Shown piece after piece: positions 36,975 through 45,561 of a stretch of 64,000 nucleotides of DNA. The position numbers were made by a program, and so were the translations under genes. The stretch is from Bacteroidales bacterium UBA4772 (lineage in GTDB: Bacteria > Bacteroidota > Bacteroidia > Bacteroidales > VadinHA17). The notes below the pieces were generated by a model that was not told the DNA's origin, did no database searches, and saw only the letters and a program-made list of their open reading frames with translations. Every line of letters begins with the position of its first letter. Within the stretch, counting starts at the first letter, position 1. Where the stretch lies: NCBI GenBank assembly GCA_002403305.1, contig DHHM01000007.1:1446-65445 (forward strand), written 5' to 3'.

Positions 36975-37097
36975 GAATTCTGACCCGGCCGGGAAATCAC
37001 GGAAGGGTCAATCGCTTAAAAAGCAGTTCTTCCCCCCAATGCCGCACTTAAATGCGGAAACAAGATGAGCCCGGGTAACCCGGGCTCATTCTTTTTT
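36975..37097 (+). ncRNA. Candidate structured small RNA (unassigned)
   Basis: No ORF; stems TGACCC/GGGTCA and CCGCA/TGCGG, then + strand terminator with U-tract although the downstream gene is on the minus strand. Confidence 0.4.
37065..37097 (+). terminator. Rho-independent terminator (possibly bidirectional with rpoD)
   Basis: ATGAGCCCGGG-taa-CCCGGGCTCAT then TCTTTTTT. Confidence 0.85.
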
Positions 37098-37149
37098 ACA
37101 GGAGGGTGCTTGCGGCATCCTCAATATCATTTAAAGGTAAAGGAAATGC

Positions 37150-38010
37150 TTACCCGAGGTAGCCCTTGAGCAGCTTGCTGCGCGATGTGTGCCGCAGGCG
37201 TCTTATGGCTTTCTCTTTTATCTGTCTTACCCTCTCGCGGGTAAGGCCAAACTTTTCACCTATCTCCTCCAGCGTCATCTCCTGGCAGCCAATGCCGAAG
37301 AAATAGCGTATGATGTCCCTCTCACGCTCAGTGAGAGTGGTCAGGGCACGCTCTATCTCCTTGGAGAGCGACTCGTCAATGAGTATCTTGTCAGCAATGG
37401 GAGAATCGAGGTTGGTAAGCACATCCAGGAGGCTGTTATCTTCACCCTCAACGAAAGGTGCATCGACAGAAACATGGCGACCTGACACCTTGAGGGTATC
37501 GGCAACCTTCTCCTTCGGAAGATCAAGCACTTCCGCCAGCTCTTCAGGTGACGGCGTACGCTCGTTTTCCTGCTCAAACCGGGCAAAAGCCTTGTTGATC
37601 TTGTTAAGAGAACCAACCTGGTTCAGAGGCAGACGCACTATCCTCGACTGCTCTGCCAGAGCCTGGAGGATGGATTGCCTGATCCACCATACCGCATATG
37701 AAATGAATTTGAATCCGCGGGTCTCGTCAAACTTTTCTGCTGCCTTGATAAGGCCAAGGTTACCCTCATTAATGAGGTCCGGGAGGCTAAGACCCTGGTT
37801 CTGATACTGCTTGGCCACCGAGACAACAAAACGGAGATTTGCTTTCGTTAGCTTCTCCAAAGCTGCCCTGTCACCCTTTTTGATCCTCTGCGCAAGCTCT
37901 ACCTCTTCCTCAACCGATATCAACTCTTCCTTACCAATCTCCTGCAGATATTTGTCCAACGATGCACTCTCACGGTTGGTTATGGATTTGGTAATCTTAA
38001 GTTGTCTCAT
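37150..38010 (-). CDS. rpoD: Primary RNA polymerase sigma factor (Bacteroidota RpoD/SigA lacking region 1.1)
   Basis: [56 protein letters not shown]. Confidence 0.95.
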   Translation of the reverse strand: MRQLKITKSITNRESASLDKYLQEIGKEELISVEEEVELAQRIKKGDRAALEKLTKANLRFVVSVAKQYQNQGLSLPDLINEGNLGLIKAAEKFDETRGFKFISYAVWWIRQSILQALAEQSRIVRLPLNQVGSLNKINKAFARFEQENERTPSPEELAEVLDLPKEKVADTLKVSGRHVSVDAPFVEGEDNSLLDVLTNLDSPIADKILIDESLSKEIERALTTLTERERDIIRYFFGIGCQEMTLEEIGEKFGLTRERVRQIKEKAIRRLRHTSRSKLLKGYLG

Positions 38011-38038
38011 TCTTTTTGCCCCTTCGAAAAAATTTTCG

Positions 38039-38046
38039 CAAAGATA
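38039..38046 (-). promoter_or_regulatory. -7 box (TATCTTTG) for rpoD
   Basis: Exact TAnnTTTG 28 nt upstream of ATG. Confidence 0.65.
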
Positions 38047-38147
38047 CTGCTTTAAATGTTAATAACCAAATAAAATACGTCAATCAAACAGAGGGGAGCC
38101 AATGCTGTCAATCTCCTGATCTGCTTATTGTTAATAAATCCCTGATG

Positions 38148-39599
38148 CTACCTCCTGGTCTGGTACTTGAAGTAGGTCCCGTCAGGGGTAAATCCCTCTA
38201 TGGAAGTGAGGTTCTTCTCATCATTCGTTGCCCGGCGTATGTCTGCAGCACTGTTCACCTTCTGACCGTTCACGTCAACAATGACTGTTCCTCTGCCAAG
38301 CCCAAGATCCCGCAGGCGGCCTTCAGTGATTGAGGTGATCTTGACGCCGTTGCTAATCCTGTACTTCTGCTTGTCACCGGATGTTACCGGGGAGAAGGTT
38401 GCACCAAATATTGAAGTGCTCTGTGAACCCGGGGCAACGATTCCCGTACCGCCCTCGATATTGCGCAGAGTTACCATTTTCTTATCCTGCCTGCCCTTGC
38501 GCAGGTATGTCACTTCAAGCCTGTCTCCGGGTCTGTAGCGGTTTACCTTCTCCTGCAGGTCGGCAGTAGTCTCAACCGGCTCACCGTTGATGGCGATTAT
38601 CACATCCTTCTCAGCAAGGCCGGCAGCCTGTGCGGCTCCGTCCTCCACCACTCCTGCAAGATATACTCCTTTTATTTCCCTGAGTTTTTCTGCCTCAGCT
38701 ATCTCTGAATTGACGTCGGTAATGTTCACTCCCAGGAGACCTCTCTGAACTTCGCCGTACTCCCTGAGATCTTCGTAAACCTTATTTACAATGGACGAAG
38801 GGACTGCAAAAGAGTTGCCGGCATAGGCACCGCTTGGTGAAATTATGGCTGTGGTAATGCCTATCAGCTCCCCTGCAGTATTCACCAGGGCACCACCGCT
38901 GTTACCCTGGTTCAGAGCAGCATCAGTCTGTATGAATGACTCGATACGGTACTGGTTGTCAAGAAGCCCCAGACTCCTGCCCCGGGCACTGACTATACCT
39001 GCCGTCACCGTCGAAGTCAGATTGAATGGGTTCCCTACTGCGAGCACCCACTCGCCCAGCCTGATGGCATCGGAGTTTCCGAATTTGATGTAGGGCAGCC
39101 CTGTGGCCTTGATCTTCAGAAGGGCAATGTCAGTGCTGGGATCACGCCCTACTACATCAGCCCCAAAGGTCCGCTTGTCATTCAAAGTAACCTCAACCTC
39201 ATCAGCCTCCTCAATTACATGATTGTTGGTCACTATGTAACCATCAGCGGTCACAATCACACCGGAGCCAAACCCACGGACCTCCCTCGGCCGGCCTGCC
39301 CCCGGACCGTAGAAAAACTCATACAACGGATTGCTGTAATCTGAACTGACAGTGGCCTTCGTCTTGACATGAACCACTGCGTGGACCGTATTCTCAGCAG
39401 CAAAGGTGAAATCATTCACACCTGACTGAGGCACCATAGAGGTGTACCTGGTATTCTCCTCAATCATCTGCCTCTCCTTCTCCGTTCCTGTCACCAGATT
39501 ATCCCTGTCGAGAAACCTGGTGTAGATAAATAGCCCTGCAAGCGCTCCAAGAAGCGCAATCAGCAAAGTAACTATGAGACTCTTACCTTTCATATCCAT
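38148..39599 (-). CDS. htrA: Do/HtrA/DegP family serine endopeptidase with two PDZ domains
   Basis: GSGVIV, TNNHVI, DIALLKI, IQTDAALNQGNSGGAL, PDZ domains. Confidence 0.93.
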   Translation of the reverse strand: MDMKGKSLIVTLLIALLGALAGLFIYTRFLDRDNLVTGTEKERQMIEENTRYTSMVPQSGVNDFTFAAENTVHAVVHVKTKATVSSDYSNPLYEFFYGPGAGRPREVRGFGSGVIVTADGYIVTNNHVIEEADEVEVTLNDKRTFGADVVGRDPSTDIALLKIKATGLPYIKFGNSDAIRLGEWVLAVGNPFNLTSTVTAGIVSARGRSLGLLDNQYRIESFIQTDAALNQGNSGGALVNTAGELIGITTAIISPSGAYAGNSFAVPSSIVNKVYEDLREYGEVQRGLLGVNITDVNSEIAEAEKLREIKGVYLAGVVEDGAAQAAGLAEKDVIIAINGEPVETTADLQEKVNRYRPGDRLEVTYLRKGRQDKKMVTLRNIEGGTGIVAPGSQSTSIFGATFSPVTSGDKQKYRISNGVKITSITEGRLRDLGLGRGTVIVDVNGQKVNSAADIRRATNDEKNLTSIEGFTPDGTYFKYQTRR

Positions 39600-39634
39600 T
39601 GATTTTTTTGTTTTGTCATCTGTCCCACTTATGC

Positions 39635-39650
39635 TGCAAATTGCGTGCCT
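39635..39650 (-). promoter_or_regulatory. Putative sigma-54 (-24/-12) promoter AGGCACGCAATTTGCA for htrA
   Basis: GG-N10-GC matching GGCACG-N4-TTGCA, 35 nt upstream of ATG. Confidence 0.65.
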
Positions 39651-39764
39651 CGTAAAAGATTAAGTATCTTTACAACCGCATAAATGGTAAATTGTTTTAC
39701 AAATTTTCGTTTTTTTAACAGACCGTTGCCGCGATCTTTTAATAATTAACTTCATTTTAACGGA

Positions 39765-40547
39765 ATGATAATTCCCTTTAACAAATATGAGGGTACAGGC
39801 AATGACTTTATCATTGTACGAAACAATCCCAAGCTCCTTGACCACAATGATAACAATATCTTCAAAAGGCTGTGCAACAGACGTTTCGGGATAGGAGCTG
39901 ACGGGCTCATACTTATCGAAGATTCCCCAGGCTATGATTTCAGAATGCTCTACTACAATGCTGACGGCTCTCCGGGAGAGATGTGCGGTAACGGCGGACG
40001 CTGCGCGGCACACTTTGTTATGAAACATCTTACCGGACCCCGCAACCTCTCCTTCCTGGCTGGTGACGGTCCGCATACAGCCAGATCAGCCGGTGATGAT
40101 ATAATTGAGATATCGGTAAGGGACGTGAGGGAGTCCGGAGAAACCCCTGACGGCATCCTGGTAAACACCGGTGTACCTCACCTGGTAATCTTCACAGATG
40201 ATACGGAGAGAGCTGATTTTGTGACATTTGCACGTGGCATCCGGCATTCGTCACGCTATGCCCCCGGGGGAGTCAATGTGAACCTGGTAAGGGTAACAGA
40301 TAACGGTTTGGTAATCAGGACGTATGAACGGGGAGTGGAAGATGAAACCCTATCATGCGGTACCGGCGCAACGGCATCTGCCATTGCGGCAGCCCTGACC
40401 GGAAAAATTGTCACTGGTGAGACCCGGGTGAGCGTCAGGGGCGGCGAACTTCATATCAGGTTTGTAACTGACGGGGCGGCAGCCTCTGAGGTATATCTTA
40501 CCGGACCGGCGACATTTGTATTCAGCGGAGAGACAGAAATCCTATAA
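39765..40547 (+). CDS. dapF: Diaminopimelate epimerase
   Basis: KYEGTGNDF, GIGADG, NADGS..EMCGNGGRC, TGVPH, RTYERGVEDETLSCGTGA. Confidence 0.97.
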   Translation: MIIPFNKYEGTGNDFIIVRNNPKLLDHNDNNIFKRLCNRRFGIGADGLILIEDSPGYDFRMLYYNADGSPGEMCGNGGRCAAHFVMKHLTGPRNLSFLAGDGPHTARSAGDDIIEISVRDVRESGETPDGILVNTGVPHLVIFTDDTERADFVTFARGIRHSSRYAPGGVNVNLVRVTDNGLVIRTYERGVEDETLSCGTGATASAIAAALTGKIVTGETRVSVRGGELHIRFVTDGAAASEVYLTGPATFVFSGETEIL

Positions 40548-40556
40548 CATATCAAT

Positions 40557-41654
40557 ATGAAACAGAACTCAGTGAAAAGCCCTTTCTTAATCATCCTTTT
40601 CATCTCCTTATGTCCGGCACTTGCAGCTCAGCCCGGCAACGCCGAGATCATGGATGCCCTGAACAATGTGGGACGCCGGTTTGAGTCCCTGAACCATCGC
40701 CTTGATGTTCTGGAGAAGAGTATTGACGATATCCTCTGGTATGAGCGCGTGGGCGATGTGGCCTTCATTGACAAGATCTATACGACTGGTCCACCCCCTG
40801 CAAAAGAGAGTAATCCTACCGGACAGGGCGCCGGCAACCCCCTGAAATTCTGGAGCTATGTCTTCATACCCCGCGATGCGGACGCGTCAAAAAAATACCC
40901 CCTGCTGGTCTTCCCCCACGGCGGCGTCCATGCCAACTTCACCACCTATTACACCCACATCATCCGTGAGATGGTAGCCCAGGGCTATATCGTCGTAGCA
41001 GCCGAATACCGGGGTTCAACCGGCTACGGTGCGGGCATGTACCGGCGGATCGACTACGGCGGCCTGGAGGTTGAGGATGTCGATGCCGGCAGAAAGTATA
41101 TGATCGAAAATTATGAGATCGTTGACAGAGACCGGGTGGGCGTCATCGGCTGGAGCCACGGCGGACTGATTGGACTGTTCTGTATCTTCGATCACCCGGA
41201 TGCATACAAAGCCTGCTTTGCAGGCGTGCCTGTCAGCGACGTCATAGCACGCATGGGCTACAAGGACGACAGCTACCGGGACCTCTACTCCGCCCCATAC
41301 CACATAGGCAAGACAGCCGATGAGAATGTGGCCGAGTATCGCAGGCGCTCCCCTGCATGGCAGGTTGACCGCTACCAAAACACTCCGCTGCTGATCCACA
41401 CCAACACCATTGACGAGGATGTGAACGTTCTTGAGGTCGAACACCTCATAAAATCACTCAAGGCAGCCGGAAAACAGAATTTCAGTTACAAAATATTCGA
41501 GGAGATGCCCGGAGGCCACTCTTTTGACAGGATGGATTACCGCGAGGCCAGGAAGATCAGACTCGACATATACAGCTTCCTCAACGGCCACCTGAAGCCG
41601 CCCCGGCCCTTCAAATCGCTCCGTGATCTGGAGAGAGCCGCCTACCGTTTCTGA
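40557..41654 (+). CDS. S9 (prolyl oligopeptidase family) alpha/beta-hydrolase, exported
   Basis: Signal peptide; HGGVH, YRGSTGYG, GWSHGG nucleophile, D(DEDV) and H(GGHSF). Confidence 0.85.
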   Translation: MKQNSVKSPFLIILFISLCPALAAQPGNAEIMDALNNVGRRFESLNHRLDVLEKSIDDILWYERVGDVAFIDKIYTTGPPPAKESNPTGQGAGNPLKFWSYVFIPRDADASKKYPLLVFPHGGVHANFTTYYTHIIREMVAQGYIVVAAEYRGSTGYGAGMYRRIDYGGLEVEDVDAGRKYMIENYEIVDRDRVGVIGWSHGGLIGLFCIFDHPDAYKACFAGVPVSDVIARMGYKDDSYRDLYSAPYHIGKTADENVAEYRRRSPAWQVDRYQNTPLLIHTNTIDEDVNVLEVEHLIKSLKAAGKQNFSYKIFEEMPGGHSFDRMDYREARKIRLDIYSFLNGHLKPPRPFKSLRDLERAAYRF

Positions 41655-42682
41655 TGAGCAGGCAACGACTCTTCGGCAAGACACTGGATGAGCTGTCAGA
41701 CATCACCGCAGCGGCCTCGCTTCCCACTTACGCTGCACGGCAAATCGCTGGCTGGCTCTACAGGCGGGGGGCACCTGAGATCAGCGGAATGACTGACCTC
41801 TCTCTTGCTGCGCGCAGCCTGCTGGAGAAAGAGTGGGAGACCGGACTCACCCCGCCGTCGTCAGTGGCCTCCGCCAGTGACGGCACAAAAAAATACCTCT
41901 TTGGCATCTCTGAGAACCGGTTTATAGAGACAGCCTTCATCCCTGACCGTGACCGGGCTACGGTATGCCTCTCGGTACAGTCGGGATGCCGCATGGGATG
42001 CCACTTCTGCATGACGGCAAGACAGGGGTTCCAGGGCAATCTATCATCAGGTGACATCCTGAACCAGTTCAGAAGCATCCCCGACCACCTGTCCCTGACC
42101 AATATTGTCTATATGGGCATGGGAGAGCCTCTCGACAACTTCGAAGAGGTGATGAAGAGCCTTGAGATACTCACCTCGGAGTGGGGTTACGGATGGAGTC
42201 CCTCACGCATTACGGTAAGCACCATAGGGATCACCGACAGGATACGTGATTTCCTGGAGGGCACCCGGTGTCACCTCGCCGTCAGCCTGCACTCCCCCTT
42301 CGATGAGGAGCGCCAGGCGCTGATGCCGGTCCAGAAAGCTCACCCCATCAAAAAAGTGCTCGAAGTAATCAGGAGGTACGACTTCGGGAGACAGAGACGG
42401 ATATCCTTTGAATACATTCTGTTCAAGGGGCTCAATGACACCCCCGCACATGTCCGGGAGCTGGCCGGGATCCTCAACGGTATTCGCTGCCGCATCAACC
42501 TGATCCGGTTTCATGCCATTCCGGGCTCCGAATACCGGAGTCCTGATACGAAAGCCATGGAGGCATTTCGTGACCACCTCAATGCAAAAGGGATTACAGC
42601 CACAATACGTGCCAGCCGCGGCGAGGATATCGGCGCCGCCTGCGGCCTGCTCTCAACACTTGAACAAAACAAAACCAGATGA
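41654..42682 (+). CDS. rlmN: 23S rRNA (adenine2503-C2)-methyltransferase RlmN
   Basis: CxxxCxxC (GCRMGCHFC), MGMGEP, SLHSP, RGEDIGAACG. Confidence 0.95.
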   Translation: MSRQRLFGKTLDELSDITAAASLPTYAARQIAGWLYRRGAPEISGMTDLSLAARSLLEKEWETGLTPPSSVASASDGTKKYLFGISENRFIETAFIPDRDRATVCLSVQSGCRMGCHFCMTARQGFQGNLSSGDILNQFRSIPDHLSLTNIVYMGMGEPLDNFEEVMKSLEILTSEWGYGWSPSRITVSTIGITDRIRDFLEGTRCHLAVSLHSPFDEERQALMPVQKAHPIKKVLEVIRRYDFGRQRRISFEYILFKGLNDTPAHVRELAGILNGIRCRINLIRFHAIPGSEYRSPDTKAMEAFRDHLNAKGITATIRASRGEDIGAACGLLSTLEQNKTR

Positions 42683-42773
42683 CACTTGCATGAACAAGTG
42701 CCTGCATCAGGATAAGTTTACCATTTTTCATATAAGTCCCATTCGACCAATAGAATAAACATAAGATAATCCC

Positions 42774-44207
42774 ATGAAAATCAAATTTTTACAAGCAGTC
42801 ATCATCGCCGCACTCACCTCAACCTGTCTCAGCGGCCAGCAGAATACCATAGATACTATCCTGGCAGACACTTCTCTCACCGGAACATCGTGGTCAATTT
42901 GTTTTACAGACGCCGTAACCGGTGAGATGATCTTCGGTCATGATGCTGAACGCAACCTCGCCTCTGCCTCGGTGATGAAGCTCTATCCCACCTCGGTGGC
43001 ACTAGCGCTCCTGGGTCCTGATTACCGGTTTTCAACCGACATCTACATCTCGGGGAAATTCAACAGCCGCCGGGGAGTGGTTGACGGTGATGTCGTCATT
43101 AAGGGCGGCGGCGACCCGGCACTGGGATCAGAGTACTTCCGAGATCACTACGGTGATGTAGTGGGTCAGTGGACGGCAGCACTGCTGAATGCCGGCGTCA
43201 GGCATGTAAAAGGCCGCGTTGCAGCTGCCACGTCAATTTATGATTTCAATCCCGCCCCCTCAGGATGGTCGTGGGGCAACCTGGGTCAGTACTACGGGGC
43301 TGGAGTTTACGATATAAATTTCAACGACAATAAATTCAATATCTATATCACCGGCCATAATGAAGGATCACCGGCGGTGATCGACTCGGTCGAGCTATAC
43401 GGAAGAGATGTACGGCTAACGAACTATCTTACCTCGTCAGGCAGAAGTGACCAAGGCTATGTCTACAATACACCCTATTCCCACACTGCCTGGATATCCG
43501 GAAGCGTGCCTGCCGACAGCAGCTTTGCTCTGAAAGCATCCAACCCGGACCCTCCCCTGACGGTTGTGAGACTGCTTGACCGGGCCATGCGGGATGCAGG
43601 CATAAGAATCGACGGCTCTGCCTCAGCGGCAAGAACCAATGCAGTTCCGGAGGAGATGACACCTCTCTGCGTGACCCTCTCTCCCACCCTGGAAGAGATA
43701 GTCAAGGTAACCAATCATGAGAGCGTCAACATGTATGCCGAGGCTATCAGGAAACATCTCGGTTACGCTATTCTGGGAGAGGAGTCCTTCAGCGCTGGTG
43801 CCCGGGTGATAAGATCATTCCTTGACTCTATCGGGTGCAAGCCCTACGAAGCTGTCATACTTGACGGGTCAGGACTCTCAGCCAACAACAACATCAGTGC
43901 GCTGATGACGGTGAGGCTGCTGGTGTACATGCACAACAGCCCGTGTACTGCCCCGTTCATCGCCTCCCTTCCCGAAGGAGCCGTCTCAGGTACAATGAAG
44001 AGCTACTTCAGGGACGAGTTTTTCAAAGGCAGGGTCTTCGCCAAGACCGGAACCATCAGCAGCGCCAAGTCGTTTGCAGGCTATGTAACCACCGGCAGCG
44101 GGAGAAGGCTGGCCTTCACCATGTTCGCAAACGGATTCACCGTACCGAACAGGAAAATAACCGACTATATGGAAGCGGTAGTCAGGGAGATAATCGAAAA
44201 ATACTGA
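42774..44207 (+). CDS. dacB: D-alanyl-D-alanine carboxypeptidase/endopeptidase (PBP4, S13)
   Basis: ASVMK (SxxK), GGGDPALGS, SVN, DGSGLS, AKTGT. Confidence 0.93.
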   Translation: MKIKFLQAVIIAALTSTCLSGQQNTIDTILADTSLTGTSWSICFTDAVTGEMIFGHDAERNLASASVMKLYPTSVALALLGPDYRFSTDIYISGKFNSRRGVVDGDVVIKGGGDPALGSEYFRDHYGDVVGQWTAALLNAGVRHVKGRVAAATSIYDFNPAPSGWSWGNLGQYYGAGVYDINFNDNKFNIYITGHNEGSPAVIDSVELYGRDVRLTNYLTSSGRSDQGYVYNTPYSHTAWISGSVPADSSFALKASNPDPPLTVVRLLDRAMRDAGIRIDGSASAARTNAVPEEMTPLCVTLSPTLEEIVKVTNHESVNMYAEAIRKHLGYAILGEESFSAGARVIRSFLDSIGCKPYEAVILDGSGLSANNNISALMTVRLLVYMHNSPCTAPFIASLPEGAVSGTMKSYFRDEFFKGRVFAKTGTISSAKSFAGYVTTGSGRRLAFTMFANGFTVPNRKITDYMEAVVREIIEKY

Positions 44208-44293
44208 ACAACAACCTGCTTAAGGCAGTGGAGAACTTTTATCTGCACTTTTTGTTTTAATATACTTTAACATAACAACGTTTCAGAAACCGC

Positions 44294-44301
44294 TAATTTT
44301 G
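44294..44301 (+). promoter_or_regulatory. -7 box (TAATTTTG) for RND efflux operon
   Basis: Exact TAnnTTTG 28 nt upstream of ATG. Confidence 0.6.
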
Positions 44302-44329
44302 CGCTTTCTAAGAAAAATTCAATTCGGGA

Positions 44330-45523
44330 ATGAAAAAAGGAACAAAGATTGCCCTGTGGGTCAGCATCCCACTGATCCTGGCAATTTGGTTTGGAGGACC
44401 AAGACTGGGCCTCTGGGGTGACAGAGACCTGAAAAAGGATGCCGCGGCTACTTCCAAACAGCCACTGGTGCCGGGTCAGGCAGAGGGCCAGCCACAGAGC
44501 CAGGGACAGGGGCAGTCACAGGGTCAACCTCAGAACCAGGCGCAGCCCCGGGGAGGTCCGGGTGGAGGGGCTCCGGGTGGAGGACAGCTTCCCGTGAACG
44601 GAACCATAGCCAAACCTTCTTACCTCACCAGCGGCATAAGATCGGCCGGATCATTGCTGGCCAATGAAGAGGTGGACATCGTCAGCAAGGTACCCGGCAA
44701 GGTCACAGCTGTTTTTTTCAAGGAGGGTAGCAGGGTTAAGAAAGGCGATCTGCTGGTGAAGATATATGACGAGGACCTGCAGGCACAGCTTCGAAGGTCG
44801 GAGATACAGGAGAAGCTGCTGGCCGAGAAGCTCGAACGCCAGAGGGTGCTTCTCGAAAAAGATGCCGTAAGCAGGGAGTCGTTTGACCAGCTGCAGACAG
44901 ACTATAACGTCATTCTGGCTGATATGAACCTCCTTAAGGTCAGGATAGCTGAGACAGAGGTGAGGGCACCGTTTGACGGGGTGATAGGTTTCCGCTATGT
45001 CAGCGAAGGCACCTATGTACAACCTTCAGTCAAGATCGCCCATCTGACCGACCCCTCCACACTCAAGCTCGAATTTGCCATATCTGAAAAATATGTATCC
45101 GAAAATCTGATGGGCAAGCGAATCTCATTCGAGACCGAGGGCTACAATGAGGAGTTCTTTGCAACTGTATATGCCATTGACTACCGCATAGATGAAACAA
45201 CGAGGACTATCGGTCTGAGAGCCCGTTACAACAACAGGGACGGGCGGCTGGTACCGGGCATGTTCGCATCACTGACGCTGATCACCGATGAAAAGCAGAA
45301 TGCTATCCAGGTGCCAACGGAATCCATAGTGCCCGAGATGAACGAGAAAAAGATCTGGGTAGTGAAGAACGGCAGGGCTTCTCTTGTTCCGGTTGTCACC
45401 GGCACCCGGACCGCAACTATGATCGAGGTGCTCTCCGGAATCTCTGCAGGCGATACCGTGCTTACCACCGGGCTCATGCAGTTGAGGGACAATATGCCGG
45501 TAAGAGTTAACATAACGGATTAG
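44330..45523 (+). CDS. RND efflux periplasmic adaptor (MFP) subunit
   Basis: GKVTAVFFKEGSRVKKGDLL, VRAPFDGVIG, LVPGMFA. Confidence 0.93.
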   Translation: MKKGTKIALWVSIPLILAIWFGGPRLGLWGDRDLKKDAAATSKQPLVPGQAEGQPQSQGQGQSQGQPQNQAQPRGGPGGGAPGGGQLPVNGTIAKPSYLTSGIRSAGSLLANEEVDIVSKVPGKVTAVFFKEGSRVKKGDLLVKIYDEDLQAQLRRSEIQEKLLAEKLERQRVLLEKDAVSRESFDQLQTDYNVILADMNLLKVRIAETEVRAPFDGVIGFRYVSEGTYVQPSVKIAHLTDPSTLKLEFAISEKYVSENLMGKRISFETEGYNEEFFATVYAIDYRIDETTRTIGLRARYNNRDGRLVPGMFASLTLITDEKQNAIQVPTESIVPEMNEKKIWVVKNGRASLVPVVTGTRTATMIEVLSGISAGDTVLTTGLMQLRDNMPVRVNITD

Positions 45524-45561
45524 CGCCGGACGATCACAGCAGATAACAACTGAATAAACAA

